Shown: piece by piece, positions 28,951-39,034 of the stretch
How the letters are laid out: every line of letters starts with the position of its first letter
Numbering within the stretch: position 1 is the stretch's first letter
Assembly: GCA_029856145.1 (NCBI GenBank)
Contig: JAHQWK010000001.1
Location: forward strand, 416,001 to 480,000
Direction: 5' to 3'
DNA: 64,000 bases
Source of the DNA: Promethearchaeia archaeon
GTDB taxonomy: Archaea > Asgardarchaeota > Lokiarchaeia > Sigyniarchaeales > SOKP01
The notes under the pieces: generated by a model
Databases searched by the model: none
Told to the model about the DNA's origin: nothing
Seen by the model: the letters and a program-made list of their open reading frames with translations, nothing else
Made by a program: the position numbers and the translations under genes

Positions 28951-29167
28951 AATTTTTTGTAAAATTATTATTTTTTAATTTAAATTTTACAAAAGGAACA
29001 AGAAAAACTTGAATATGAAATTATTTCTTTTAAAATTTGGATTAATATCACCCACATATTATCCCTATTCATTGACGGGTTAGAAAATTTCTAAATTTTT
29101 ATATATTTGAAAGTCATATTATTTAGTTAAGCAGAATTAAAGAATCAGAATAGGGTCAATAAATAAA

Positions 29168-31141
29168 GTGGATGCCGACAAAAATAATAATATTTTAGAA
29201 AAGCAACTAAAAACTTTAGGTCAGAAGGTTAGGATTGATATTCTAAAAAAGTTAAAAAACACCCTAACTCCTTTATCATTTTCAAGGCTACAAAAGGAGG
29301 TTTTAATAAATGATCTTTCATCTGTGAATTTGTCTTTTCATTTAAACACATTAAAAAAAAGTGAATTAGTATATTCTTCTGATGAGGGTTATTCAATTAC
29401 ATATTTAGGGGAGCAGATTATAGATAAAATTTTATCTATTGAACAAATTCTAAACAAGCAAAATCAATCAAGAATGATCCGAACTTCAAAATATTCAAAG
29501 GAACTTTTTGACGCTAGTAAAATTGAGGAATACTTAGTTACTGAGGGTGAATTGGAGCGTTTTTTAGCTAGACAAATTGCTCGTGAAGTAGAAGAACGTC
29601 TTTCTAAAACTAATATAGAATATATGACTGCTCCTTTAATGCGAGAATATATTAATGCAATTTTATTAGAAAATGGTTTAGAAGAAGTAAGACATAAATT
29701 AACTCGATTAGGAACTCCTCCTTTTGAAGTATCTAAATTGTTTGAATCCAATAATGATCGGATAAACCCTGAAATATTTATTGAAAAATTAGGTTCTGAC
29801 GTTTCTGAGCAATTTCTACTTCTAAATCTTATACCTAAAAATTTAGCTGATTTATATTTATCTGGGGAAATTGCTCTTTTACATTTAAATTACTGGGCTT
29901 TAAGGCCTTTAAGTCTCTATATAAATACAAAAACAATAATGGATTATCTTTTCAAGAAACACAGCAATCTTAAACATAATATAGAGAAAGATATAAATCA
30001 TTCAGAACTGATTATTCAATTCTTAGATCTTTTATATGTTCTAAGACAATTTTATTCTGAAGATTTACTTTTAGGAAATTTTAACAATCAATTCCTTTCT
30101 TCATTTTCGTTGCCGAAAGCAATTTCCTCTGACTTCCCTTTATTTACTTCTCAAATTCTTAGATATAATAATTTTTTTAACAAGACAAAACCTTCTTTAA
30201 CACTTGAATTTAATTATAATGGGAGATCTTCAAATCAGAGCCTTATCGATGAAGCTTTTCTTAATTCATTAGATACAAGATGTGGAGAGCTTGTTAAACC
30301 TTTATTATTATTTGAATATTCAACGTTTTTTCCGTTAGGGCCAAAAAATAATATTATATATAATCTATTAGTTAATAATTTGAAAAATAATGTTATTCTC
30401 TACAATAAAACTTATTCAAATTTAATTAATTCAACTATAATTCAGATACCAAACCCTCAAAAAAATCAAGTCATATTAGATAAGATTTTAGTTAATTTAC
30501 CTATGATTTCAGTTGAAGCAAAGCAAAATGACGAAAAGTTTTTGGAATTATTATATGACAAATTAAGTTCCGTTTTTGAATTGTTTGATTATAAAGAGAA
30601 ATTAGTGCAGAAGAAATTAGATTCACTTAAGGAATGGAATTCCATTATATCAAATATTTTCAACAATAATAAAAAGACTATATTCAAAAATGCTCTAAAA
30701 TCAATTAGTTTTTTCGGTTTTAATGAAGCTGTTTTAAATCACTGTGGAATTGAACTTGATAGAACAGAAAATAGTGAATCTTTTGCTTTAAAAATACTAT
30801 CTTTAATGAAAAAGACTATAGAAGAAAAAAACAACACAAATGGCAACAACTTTGTTTTAAGCCAACCTCATTATGATTCTTATTTGCAAGACTCTTGGCA
30901 TAACGGTATAACACAATCCAACCAAAAGATAAAGGGTTATTCCTCAAGTTTGATAAGAGATGAGTCAAATCTTTCCCTTAATAAAAAAATCGCATTATTT
31001 AAAAAATTTCAAAAAATTATAGATAAAGGGACTTTATTTACAGTAAAAATAAACAAAGAAGAAATTAAATTACAAAAGTTTCTAAAAACTATAATTGAAT
31101 CCAAAATAGGTGCGATCTCCTTAAGAGATTGCATACCCTAA
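29168..31141 (+). CDS. wHTH + ATP-cone + degenerate class III RNR (NrdD)-like protein
   Basis: ArsR-like HTH (R.dIL..L, lSFsrL, LSFHL..L....Lv, Y.IT..G); ATP cone (IRTS...FD..KI...L..E, APLMRE..N..LLE.G, TRLG); NrdD-like body with no C-terminal RxxGY glycyl loop. Confidence 0.75.
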   Translation: MDADKNNNILEKQLKTLGQKVRIDILKKLKNTLTPLSFSRLQKEVLINDLSSVNLSFHLNTLKKSELVYSSDEGYSITYLGEQIIDKILSIEQILNKQNQSRMIRTSKYSKELFDASKIEEYLVTEGELERFLARQIAREVEERLSKTNIEYMTAPLMREYINAILLENGLEEVRHKLTRLGTPPFEVSKLFESNNDRINPEIFIEKLGSDVSEQFLLLNLIPKNLADLYLSGEIALLHLNYWALRPLSLYINTKTIMDYLFKKHSNLKHNIEKDINHSELIIQFLDLLYVLRQFYSEDLLLGNFNNQFLSSFSLPKAISSDFPLFTSQILRYNNFFNKTKPSLTLEFNYNGRSSNQSLIDEAFLNSLDTRCGELVKPLLLFEYSTFFPLGPKNNIIYNLLVNNLKNNVILYNKTYSNLINSTIIQIPNPQKNQVILDKILVNLPMISVEAKQNDEKFLELLYDKLSSVFELFDYKEKLVQKKLDSLKEWNSIISNIFNNNKKTIFKNALKSISFFGFNEAVLNHCGIELDRTENSESFALKILSLMKKTIEEKNNTNGNNFVLSQPHYDSYLQDSWHNGITQSNQKIKGYSSSLIRDESNLSLNKKIALFKKFQKIIDKGTLFTVKINKEEIKLQKFLKTIIESKIGAISLRDCIP

Positions 31142-31178
31142 TAAATGGAAGTGAAAAGAAAAGGGTTTCTTTGAAAAA

Positions 31179-32096
31179 TTATTTAGTCATCAATTCAGCT
31201 AAGAGCGCTTTCCTCATTGGGATTCCATAATAAGTTTGCCTAAAGTAAATTGCTTTTTCTGAACTATCAACATCAGGAGAAATTTCTGTAATTCTTGGAA
31301 GCGGATGTAATAATCTAAAGTTATCTTTTGTATCCTTAAGATCCTCTTGTCGAAATACGTAAAATCCTTTAATTCTTTCATATTCTTCCAAATCAACAAA
31401 TCTTTCCTTTTGGATTCGTGTCATATAAAGAACATCTAAAATATTTAGTATTTTCCTATAATCCTTAATTTCTTTATATTTAACCTGTCGTTGTTGTAGA
31501 AAATCTTTGTCCCGATTTCTCATTCTCAATTCCTTAGGACTTATGAAATAAATATTCATATCGAAATTTGATAAAAGAATTGAAAGGGAATGAACTGTCC
31601 TTCCATACTTAAGATCTCCCATCAGACCTATATTCAATCCATCTAATGAACCAATTTCCTCAGTAATTGTTAACAGATCTAATAAAGCTTGAGTTGGATG
31701 TTCTCCGCTTCCAGAACCAGCATTAATTATCGGAACCTTAGAAAATTTTGATGCCATTCGAGCAGCTCCTTCAAGTGAATGCCTCATAACTATGCAATCA
31801 CTATAGTTTTCAACAGTTCTTATTGTGTCTGCAATGCTTTCTCCTTTTTTTATAGAAGAAACATCTCCAGAATGAAATCCAATTACATTCCCTCCTAATC
31901 TATACATAGCAGATTCAAAACTAAGACGAGTACGAGTAGATGGTTCAAAAAATAATGTAGCTAAGATTTTTCCTTGAAGAAGATTTGAATTCTTGATTTC
32001 ATTCATTTCTTTGCCTTTCCTTAATATATATTCAATATCTTCTCTATCAAATTGCTTAGCACTTATAATTCCTTCACTAAATTTATCCTTAAACAT
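31179..32096 (-). CDS. pyrB: Aspartate carbamoyltransferase catalytic subunit
   Basis: FFEPSTRTRLSF, HPTQALLD, GDLKYGRTVHSL, TRIQKERF, HPLPR. Confidence 0.97.
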   Translation of the reverse strand: MFKDKFSEGIISAKQFDREDIEYILRKGKEMNEIKNSNLLQGKILATLFFEPSTRTRLSFESAMYRLGGNVIGFHSGDVSSIKKGESIADTIRTVENYSDCIVMRHSLEGAARMASKFSKVPIINAGSGSGEHPTQALLDLLTITEEIGSLDGLNIGLMGDLKYGRTVHSLSILLSNFDMNIYFISPKELRMRNRDKDFLQQRQVKYKEIKDYRKILNILDVLYMTRIQKERFVDLEEYERIKGFYVFRQEDLKDTKDNFRLLHPLPRITEISPDVDSSEKAIYFRQTYYGIPMRKALLAELMTK

Positions 32097-32259
32097 TTAT
32101 ATTCTCAATCAATATGTTTTTATTAACATTATGTAAATAAGATTTAAATTATTTTTTATTATAAATGATGGTTATTTAAAAAGAACTAACCAGAACTAAT
32201 AAAATTTAAAATTTATAAATAATTATTTTAGTTAATTAATATACAATTGGTTAGCAATT

Positions 32260-32541
32260 TTGAAGTACCCCAAGACTATTAATCGTTACTGTCCATCTTG
32301 TAGATCGCATACAAAGCACAGTGTTTCTCTGTACAAAAAAGGGAAGGAACGGATGTTGAATCAAGGGCGCAGACGACTTGAAAGAAAGAAACGAGGCTAT
32401 GGTAGCTTTCCCAAAGAGATATTTCACCGCAATGCGAAGATAAATAAGAGATCCACTCCATTATTAGAATGTAGTGAATGTGGCAAAAAACAGTATGCTA
32501 AATCCTATAGAGTTAAGAGACTAGAATTGCAAGAAGTATAA
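32260..32541 (+). CDS. rpl44e: 50S ribosomal protein eL42 (L44e)
   Basis: YCPSC..HT.H.V, G.R...RK..GYG, LEC.ECGK; TTG start. Confidence 0.95.
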   Translation: MKYPKTINRYCPSCRSHTKHSVSLYKKGKERMLNQGRRRLERKKRGYGSFPKEIFHRNAKINKRSTPLLECSECGKKQYAKSYRVKRLELQEV

Positions 32542-32555
32542 AAAAGTGAGATATT

Positions 32556-32762
32556 ATGGTACATAAAAGACAAGAAAAAGGCCTTATTCCCCAACCTAAA
32601 AGTAGGTTTTTACGTGTAAAATGTTTGAATTGTGGAAATCAGCAAATAATTTTTGGTTGCTCTGCAACAGATGTAGAATGCTTAGTGTGTGGGAAAACTT
32701 TACTTCAATCCACAGGTGGCAAAGCACGTATTCTCACTAAAATATTAGAAGTTCTTTCTTAA
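32556..32762 (+). CDS. rps27e: 30S ribosomal protein eS27
   Basis: [20 protein letters not shown]...TGGKA. Confidence 0.96.
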   Translation: MVHKRQEKGLIPQPKSRFLRVKCLNCGNQQIIFGCSATDVECLVCGKTLLQSTGGKARILTKILEVLS

Positions 32763-32815
32763 TGATATAAATTTCTTATTTTTTGATCACATTATCTATC
32801 TTATTAAAAATTATT

Positions 32816-32835
32816 CGTGAAACGCATCTTTCACG
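32816..32835. terminator. Hairpin between convergent genes (putative terminator)
   Basis: CGTGAAA-CGCATC-TTTCACG, 7-bp stem, between rps27e and the convergent membrane-protein gene. Confidence 0.35.
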
Positions 32836-32885
32836 TAAAATCCTTAATATCTAAGTGACATAATTTATTAATTAAAAATAAGAAT

Positions 32886-34013
32886 CTATTCCTGCCAAAT
32901 ATAGTTAGATTTTTTCATAGCAATTCTAGTTGCTTCTGAGGCCAATCTTCCAATCTGAATCTTTAAAGAAAATTTTGAACCCCATTTATTATAGGAAAAC
33001 CTCAAAAAAAGGGTATATACTATGACTGTTATAAGAATAGCTAACCAAATATGATACCAATGCAAAGATTGATAAAAAAAGAAATAGTTAATATTTTGTA
33101 ATAGAAAAGCTGTTAGGGAATAGTAAGAAAAATAATACAAGAATCTATAACTCTTTTTTGGCTTAAATAATTCATAAACATCAAAAGTTATAAAAACAGA
33201 AATTAATACTATCTCTATCCCTAAAGAATACATTAACCACCATAAATTTGATTTTATTGATAGAATTTCTTCCGTGAATAAAAAAGGTAATATAAAGTAA
33301 AATCCAATCAAAATTAAAATAGTCCCTATTAGCACTGAGGGGAATAACAACTTTCTTTTTACTATTTTCTTCTTTTCCAAATCATTATCAATAAGAGAGA
33401 AATCATAGATTATGTCACCTATAACTGTTCCTATTAGAAAAAACGTAAAAAATGATAAAATAATATTTTGGTCAATACTATTGTATAAGATATGAAATAA
33501 AACACCATAAAAATTAACCTGCCCTTCAAATGGAGTCAATAGAACTAAGATTATTTGATTAGCTATCCAAATTAGCACTCCAATAAATACTCTAAATGTT
33601 TTTGATGTCTTTAATAATGGCCACGACATTAAAAGACATACTCCTATGGTTAACAATATGAACCATGTCCAAATTTGGGAAGGATCCATGTACATAATCG
33701 CGACAAATATATTATAAATTAAACCAAGAATTACAATGAAAATCGATCTAAATAGATATTCATGTTTTATCTGAGAAAAGCTATAATGATCAATTTTTTC
33801 CATTTTTACAAGTCTATTTCTATATGATATCATAGTACTTATCCCCGATATAAAAGTAAACCCAACAGCTCCTAATGTGGAAAGAATGGATACATAACCA
33901 ACCATTAAAATCAATTTTTCATCAGGAACAGGCCACCATGTAATCATGTGTCCCACCACCATATATAACATTGCTAATCCTCGAAACATATCAAGGCTTT
34001 TTAACCGTTTCAT
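32886..34013 (-). CDS. Heparan-alpha-glucosaminide N-acetyltransferase-like (DUF1624-type) membrane protein
   Basis: R..SLD.FRGLAM..M...H N-terminal motif, F.FISG.S, ~10 TM segments, YSLT.F. Confidence 0.8.
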   Translation of the reverse strand: MKRLKSLDMFRGLAMLYMVVGHMITWWPVPDEKLILMVGYVSILSTLGAVGFTFISGISTMISYRNRLVKMEKIDHYSFSQIKHEYLFRSIFIVILGLIYNIFVAIMYMDPSQIWTWFILLTIGVCLLMSWPLLKTSKTFRVFIGVLIWIANQIILVLLTPFEGQVNFYGVLFHILYNSIDQNIILSFFTFFLIGTVIGDIIYDFSLIDNDLEKKKIVKRKLLFPSVLIGTILILIGFYFILPFLFTEEILSIKSNLWWLMYSLGIEIVLISVFITFDVYELFKPKKSYRFLYYFSYYSLTAFLLQNINYFFFYQSLHWYHIWLAILITVIVYTLFLRFSYNKWGSKFSLKIQIGRLASEATRIAMKKSNYIWQE

Positions 34014-34166
34014 ATAAATCAGGAGAGAATTAGAGTAAATAGAAAAATACTTGAGATATGTACCAGAATTAATTAAGGCTTTTATCTATTTCTAAAATAA
34101 AAGTGTTTAAACACTTAAAATTAACTAAATTGTGAATCTTATAATTATTTAATTTAAAATGAAGGT

Positions 34167-34502
34167 TTATTCTCGCCAAGTATATTTACATTTAATACAT
34201 CTAAAAAAGTGAGTGCTTGGTTCGTCAGAACTCCTTATTTGTACTTGCCAAGTTTCTGCTTCTATATTATCACATTTAGGACAATCTTTTTTAGCTTTAA
34301 GAAGTACTGAAATTTTGTCTTCATCCGAGACGATTAGTAAGTTTTTTTCTAAAGCTTGTTTCTTCTTTTTTATGCTTTTTTCTATATCGATATTGTCATT
34401 TTGTATCTCTTGTTGATAACCACACTTACATATTAAAAATAATTTATCATCTATTCTTCTCTTGCGCAGAAGGTTTGAACATTCCGGACAAAATTCAACC
34501 AT
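34167..34502 (-). CDS. tfs: Transcription factor S (TFS/RpoM-like)
   Basis: FCPEC.NLL, CPKC, QIRSSDEP.T.FFRC.KC...WRE with intact DE acidic hairpin. Confidence 0.93.
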   Translation of the reverse strand: MVEFCPECSNLLRKRRIDDKLFLICKCGYQQEIQNDNIDIEKSIKKKKQALEKNLLIVSDEDKISVLLKAKKDCPKCDNIEAETWQVQIRSSDEPSTHFFRCIKCKYTWRE

Positions 34503-34655
34503 ATTGATTCTTATGCCATAATTTAGTAATCCTTAACTTTAAAAAACATCTAAGGTTAAAAAATTTTATCTTAATTATAAAAATATGTAAAAATTTTATA
34601 TAAATGTAAAAAAGTTTAAAATTTTTAATTATATTAAATAACCAATAATTTAAAA

Positions 34656-35024
34656 ATGAGTTTTATGGAGTTCAAGGAATTTATTACTTTTTTAGGGACT
34701 AAAGATCTCAAAAAAACATCTAATTTTTACCAAAATATCATAGGATTAACTTTATATAAAGATCAAGATGTTTGTTTAATATTTAACATTAATAATCAAA
34801 GCAAAATAGGTTTTTGTGAGAATATGACAGTAATCTATAAAGATAAAAGTCCAATTATAACTTTTATTACAGATGATGTAGATGAAATCTATACCAGATT
34901 AATCAATTCAGGATTGGCTATAAAAGAAAAACCTAAATTCAATCAGAAATTCAAAATCTATCATTTTTTCTTAAAAGATCCTAACGGATATACAATTGAA
35001 ATACAAAAATTTTTAGACACATAA
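34656..35024 (+). CDS. VOC/glyoxalase family protein
   Basis: DL.....FY...iGL, F.TDDVD, FF.KDP.GY.IEIQ. Confidence 0.88.
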   Translation: MSFMEFKEFITFLGTKDLKKTSNFYQNIIGLTLYKDQDVCLIFNINNQSKIGFCENMTVIYKDKSPIITFITDDVDEIYTRLINSGLAIKEKPKFNQKFKIYHFFLKDPNGYTIEIQKFLDT

Positions 35025-35048
35025 TAAGATCTTAAAGAACATGAACTT

Positions 35049-35369
35049 TTAATCAAATTCCTTTTTAATTTGATATAATTTTTGATAATATTCGAAATTT
35101 AATTTATTCATGTCTTGAACAATATCCGCAATAATTAGTTTTTCTCCAGAAGATTGGAACTCAAGATCTCCTATTACATTAATTAAATCATTTTCTTTAA
35201 ATTTAAAATCATCAACACTTATGAGATTAACATTAATCTCACTAGTTTTATCATGTAAAATTATTTGATTGTCACTAATTCTACTTTTTATGTATCCAGT
35301 TACTTGGATTCGCTCATCATCAATAGAAATATCCTTAATCATTCTTTGCTTAGCGTACGGAAAAGACAT
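35049..35369 (-). CDS. Single OB-fold protein, RPA3/RPA14-like
   Basis: A..R.I.dI...D.Ri.v.G, l.D.T..i, v.ViG, ADIVQD plus C-terminal helix, resembling Thermococcales RPA14 from memory; divergent from pcn. Confidence 0.7.
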   Translation of the reverse strand: MSFPYAKQRMIKDISIDDERIQVTGYIKSRISDNQIILHDKTSEINVNLISVDDFKFKENDLINVIGDLEFQSSGEKLIIADIVQDMNKLNFEYYQKLYQIKKEFD

Positions 35370-35550
35370 TTTTTTTTTAAAATAAGAATCTTTTTTTTAT
35401 TTAATACAAGTTTGAAAATTTAAGATAAGTATAAATAATTAATTTAATACCTAAAATTGGTATTATTAAAAGACTAATATCAAACATTATTAATAATGTG
35501 AATAAAACATTTTTATCTTAATTATAATTCAATAAATATACTGAAAGATT

Positions 35551-36354
35551 ATGAGTTTTACATTAAAATTAGAAAATAGTCGGATATTGAAAGGAATAGT
35601 TGAAACTCTCGCGAGTATTATTGATGAAACAGAGTTTCGAGTCACTCCTAAAAAGTTTACAATTTCAGCTATGGATCCAAGTAGAATTTGTTTACTAAAA
35701 CTCTCAATTAATAAGGAGAATTTTGATGATTATCAATGCGATAAAGAATCAAAAGTTGGATTAAACTTAGACGACTTAGATAAGATCTTAAAAAGAAGCG
35801 CAGCCAATGATTCTGTTGAAATTGATTTTAATGAAACAGAACAGAAAATAAAAATAAAAATGCAACGAGAGGGCACATCACGTGTAAGGACATTTAGTTT
35901 AGCATTATTGGATATCGAGATTGAAGAGATTCCGATGGATAACCTTTTAAAGATTGAATATCCTTCAAAATGGGTTATTGGACCTGAGTTCTTAGTTGAA
36001 GCAATAAAAGATGCTGAAATCTATTCTGAAATTCTGAATATAACCGCAAAAGAGGGACAAGGATTAATTTTTAGTTCTACAGGGCAAATCGGTGAAATGG
36101 AATATGACCTTAATGAAGATGATTTAATTGAAACAGATATTAGTGGAACCAGTAGTGGTGCATATTCCTTAACCTTTTTAAAAGCAATTTTAAAAATAGC
36201 TTCAATCACCGAAAAGCTAGAAATATCATTGAAAACTGATCATCCATTAAAAATGATCTTTAATCTTCTTGAAGGCGGAGAATTAAGCTACTTTTTAGCA
36301 CCTCGAGTAGAAGAAGCTGAATTTGAAGATAATGATGATATGGATGAATTTTAA
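35551..36354 (+). CDS. pcn: PCNA sliding clamp
   Basis: AMDPSRICL, GLNLDDL.KILKR, YSL.FL, YFLAPR; acidic C-terminal tail. Confidence 0.96.
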   Translation: MSFTLKLENSRILKGIVETLASIIDETEFRVTPKKFTISAMDPSRICLLKLSINKENFDDYQCDKESKVGLNLDDLDKILKRSAANDSVEIDFNETEQKIKIKMQREGTSRVRTFSLALLDIEIEEIPMDNLLKIEYPSKWVIGPEFLVEAIKDAEIYSEILNITAKEGQGLIFSSTGQIGEMEYDLNEDDLIETDISGTSSGAYSLTFLKAILKIASITEKLEISLKTDHPLKMIFNLLEGGELSYFLAPRVEEAEFEDNDDMDEF

Positions 36355-36510
36355 TTAAGTCCTTCTTTCCCTATTTATTATTTATTAGTTTGTTAATAGA
36401 TTCATTAAAAACATCAGTAAACTAATTTACTCTTAATCTATTAAAGTTTAGTCTCATCATGTTTTTTAGAATATAATTATTTAGGTTTAAAAGTAGAGAA
36501 AATTTGGGCA

Positions 36511-37701
36511 ATGAGCGACATCTATGACTTAGTAAAACGGTATCCATGGCTCCCTTCTTTAAAAACATACTATTCTAATATAGCTTTAAGGAATCCTTTA
36601 GATTTTCTTAATGAAATCTTTTCATCTAATAAATCTAAAGATCTAAAGAATAGAGTCTTAAATCTTTTTACTGATGCTTTTAATAATATCGAACAGATTT
36701 CTGATTATTCCTTCGATGAAACGAATATTAATATCTATTTAATTCTAAGAATATTACTTTATGCTTTAAATGATAAGATTTTATCTAATCGAGTCGCGAA
36801 TATATACTCTAAAACCACTTACAATGTTCTAAATAAAGAAAACGAGTATAATTTAGATTGCATTTACAAAGATTTAGATTTAGAAGTTAATTATGAAGAA
36901 AAACCAACTGTATATAAAAAAATTGTTCTAAAAAGCCAAGAAGAAATCTCTAGAACAAACTTCAAGATTTCTTTTATCGATTATTTAAAACTTGCTTCTA
37001 AATTAAAAGATGATTATAGGAAATTAGTGAATAATGCCCTCCAACATGGTTATGTATATATTAAACCTGAAAGTCTTAATAGATTATTACAAGAACATGT
37101 ACGAATGAAGTTATTGGCTCAAAATATCAGAGAATCTACTAATTTAGATGTATTTAAAGAGAAATTATTTGAAATACAAGAATTTAAAGAACTATATGAC
37201 ACAATTGTCGCGATTTGGGAATTAAAGAAAGATGAATTTGAATACACAGTAGATATAACGTTTAAAGAAGGCCAAGATATGTCAAAAGTTTTCCCTCCTT
37301 GTATTAAAGAAATCCTATCAAAAGCACAAGAGGGTCAGAACTTAATACACACTGAGAGGTTATTTATATTATGGGTTTTAAATGCACTTAAATATCCGGA
37401 GGATAAAATTATTAATGTATTTTCAACACTACCTGATTTTGATCGTGAAAAAACCGCATACCAAGTAAAATACGCTATTAAAAAAGGATACACTCCCTAT
37501 TCTTGTAAGTCTTTAAAATCATATACTTTATGTATGGCAAATAAATATAAAGATAAATTATGCTTGAATGGTTATTTTTCAAAGAAACTACAAGAACAGA
37601 GACAAATCTCTCATCCTTTGTTTTATATTCAGTATAAGCAATTTGTTGCTTCAATTAAAACAAAACCTGAAAAAACTAATTTGAATGATAAAGATGCCTG
37701 A
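36511..37701 (+). CDS. priL: DNA primase large subunit PriL
   Basis: YPWL, LVN..L..G.VY, FPPCI, H.ER, PDFD...T.YQV, Y.P.SC, further Cys (Fe-S domain), HPL. Confidence 0.93.
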   Translation: MSDIYDLVKRYPWLPSLKTYYSNIALRNPLDFLNEIFSSNKSKDLKNRVLNLFTDAFNNIEQISDYSFDETNINIYLILRILLYALNDKILSNRVANIYSKTTYNVLNKENEYNLDCIYKDLDLEVNYEEKPTVYKKIVLKSQEEISRTNFKISFIDYLKLASKLKDDYRKLVNNALQHGYVYIKPESLNRLLQEHVRMKLLAQNIRESTNLDVFKEKLFEIQEFKELYDTIVAIWELKKDEFEYTVDITFKEGQDMSKVFPPCIKEILSKAQEGQNLIHTERLFILWVLNALKYPEDKIINVFSTLPDFDREKTAYQVKYAIKKGYTPYSCKSLKSYTLCMANKYKDKLCLNGYFSKKLQEQRQISHPLFYIQYKQFVASIKTKPEKTNLNDKDA

Positions 37702-38974
37702 TAACAAATATTTAAAAAGGCTTTTTCAAGCTTATTATAAAGAAAACCAATCTGTAATTCCAATACTTAATCTTTTTGAACAAAGAGAATTTGGTTTCAT
37801 TCCATGGGAGAAACAAATAATGAATAGGCATATCGGGTTTACTTCCCCCATCAATTTGAAAAAGTACTTTATAAATAATACTCCAAAACATGCATATTCG
37901 AGTGGTTCACTTTTTATTCGACCAGAAAATCAAGATATGCAAGAGAAGGGTTATCAGGGTTGTGATTTAATTTTTGATATTGATGTTGATCACTTTTATA
38001 CTCCTTGTAAGGAACATCATGATATCTGGTATTGTAAAGAATGTGGGGAAAAGGGAAAAGGCATGGTAAAAAAGTGCCCAAAATGTGGTAAATTAAAATT
38101 GAAGAAATTGAATTGGATTTGTGAAGATTGTTTAAATGTCGCCAAAAATGAGATTATTAAGTTAATTTATAACTTTCTAATTCCCGATTTTAACATTAAT
38201 ATTGAAAAAATGAAGATTGCTTTTTCAGGACACCGAGGATATCATCTAAAAGTTGAAGATGAAAATATAAGAACATTGTCTAGTGACGACCGGAGAGAAG
38301 TTATTGATTATATTACAGGAGAGAATATCTCATTCGAGATTTTAGGATTACAAGAAAAAGGAGGAAATATCTTTGGATTTTCAAGGGAAACCATCGGTTG
38401 GCCTCAAAAAATAATTAACAGAATTGAAAAACTATTAAGTAAATCAAATCTAGAAATCGAAACTATACTTTCAGATAAAAGAAAGTTTAATTTAAGTCAA
38501 AGTCTTATAGAGAATTTTATAAACTTTAAAGATAATTTCCATAAGATAATTACTAATAACCATAATAATAATTGGACTTTAGTTGGTTTCAGTTTAAATG
38601 CTTGGAATAAATTTTTAAAAACAATAATCGCAGAAATTGGAATTGAAGTTGATGTTCCAGTTTCAATCGATATCCATAGATTAATTCGATATCCTGGGTC
38701 TTTGCATGGGAAAACGGGTTTTAAAGTTCAGGAATTATACCCTGATGATCTTGATGATTTTAATCCTTTAAATGAAACAATTGAAAAATTAGATCCAATT
38801 GTATTTAAAAGTGAAAAAGCAGTTACTCAAAAAATAGAAATTATTGAACCTGAAGTACCAATTACGAAAATAAAAGGTAAAACCTATGGACCCTACACAA
38901 AAGGAGAAAAAATTGAAGTTCCTCACTATATTGCTGTTTTTCTGTTATGTAAAGGAGTAGCTAAAACTATTTAA
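37694..38974 (+). CDS. priS: DNA primase small subunit PriS with Zn-finger insert and GINS-B-like C-terminal domain
   Basis: REFGF, DLIFDIDVD, FSGHRGYH, D..V..DIHRLIR.PGSLHGKTG; C-terminal YGP...GE..EVP...A.FL...GvA. Confidence 0.95.
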   Translation: MPDNKYLKRLFQAYYKENQSVIPILNLFEQREFGFIPWEKQIMNRHIGFTSPINLKKYFINNTPKHAYSSGSLFIRPENQDMQEKGYQGCDLIFDIDVDHFYTPCKEHHDIWYCKECGEKGKGMVKKCPKCGKLKLKKLNWICEDCLNVAKNEIIKLIYNFLIPDFNINIEKMKIAFSGHRGYHLKVEDENIRTLSSDDRREVIDYITGENISFEILGLQEKGGNIFGFSRETIGWPQKIINRIEKLLSKSNLEIETILSDKRKFNLSQSLIENFINFKDNFHKIITNNHNNNWTLVGFSLNAWNKFLKTIIAEIGIEVDVPVSIDIHRLIRYPGSLHGKTGFKVQELYPDDLDDFNPLNETIEKLDPIVFKSEKAVTQKIEIIEPEVPITKIKGKTYGPYTKGEKIEVPHYIAVFLLCKGVAKTI

Positions 38975-39034
38975 GTTAAAAAATTTAAACTCAGAACACT
39001 TTTTTATTATATTAAACTGAAAAATTCGATATTT

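Noticed and set aside
29063-29160. CCCTATTC/GAATAGGG complementarity upstream of the NrdD-like gene, and AGAATAGGGTCA shared with 17997-18008
   Set aside because: A TATA-like box lies between the arms so they are probably not co-transcribed; 8-12-nt matches are expected by chance in 64 kb of AT-rich DNA.
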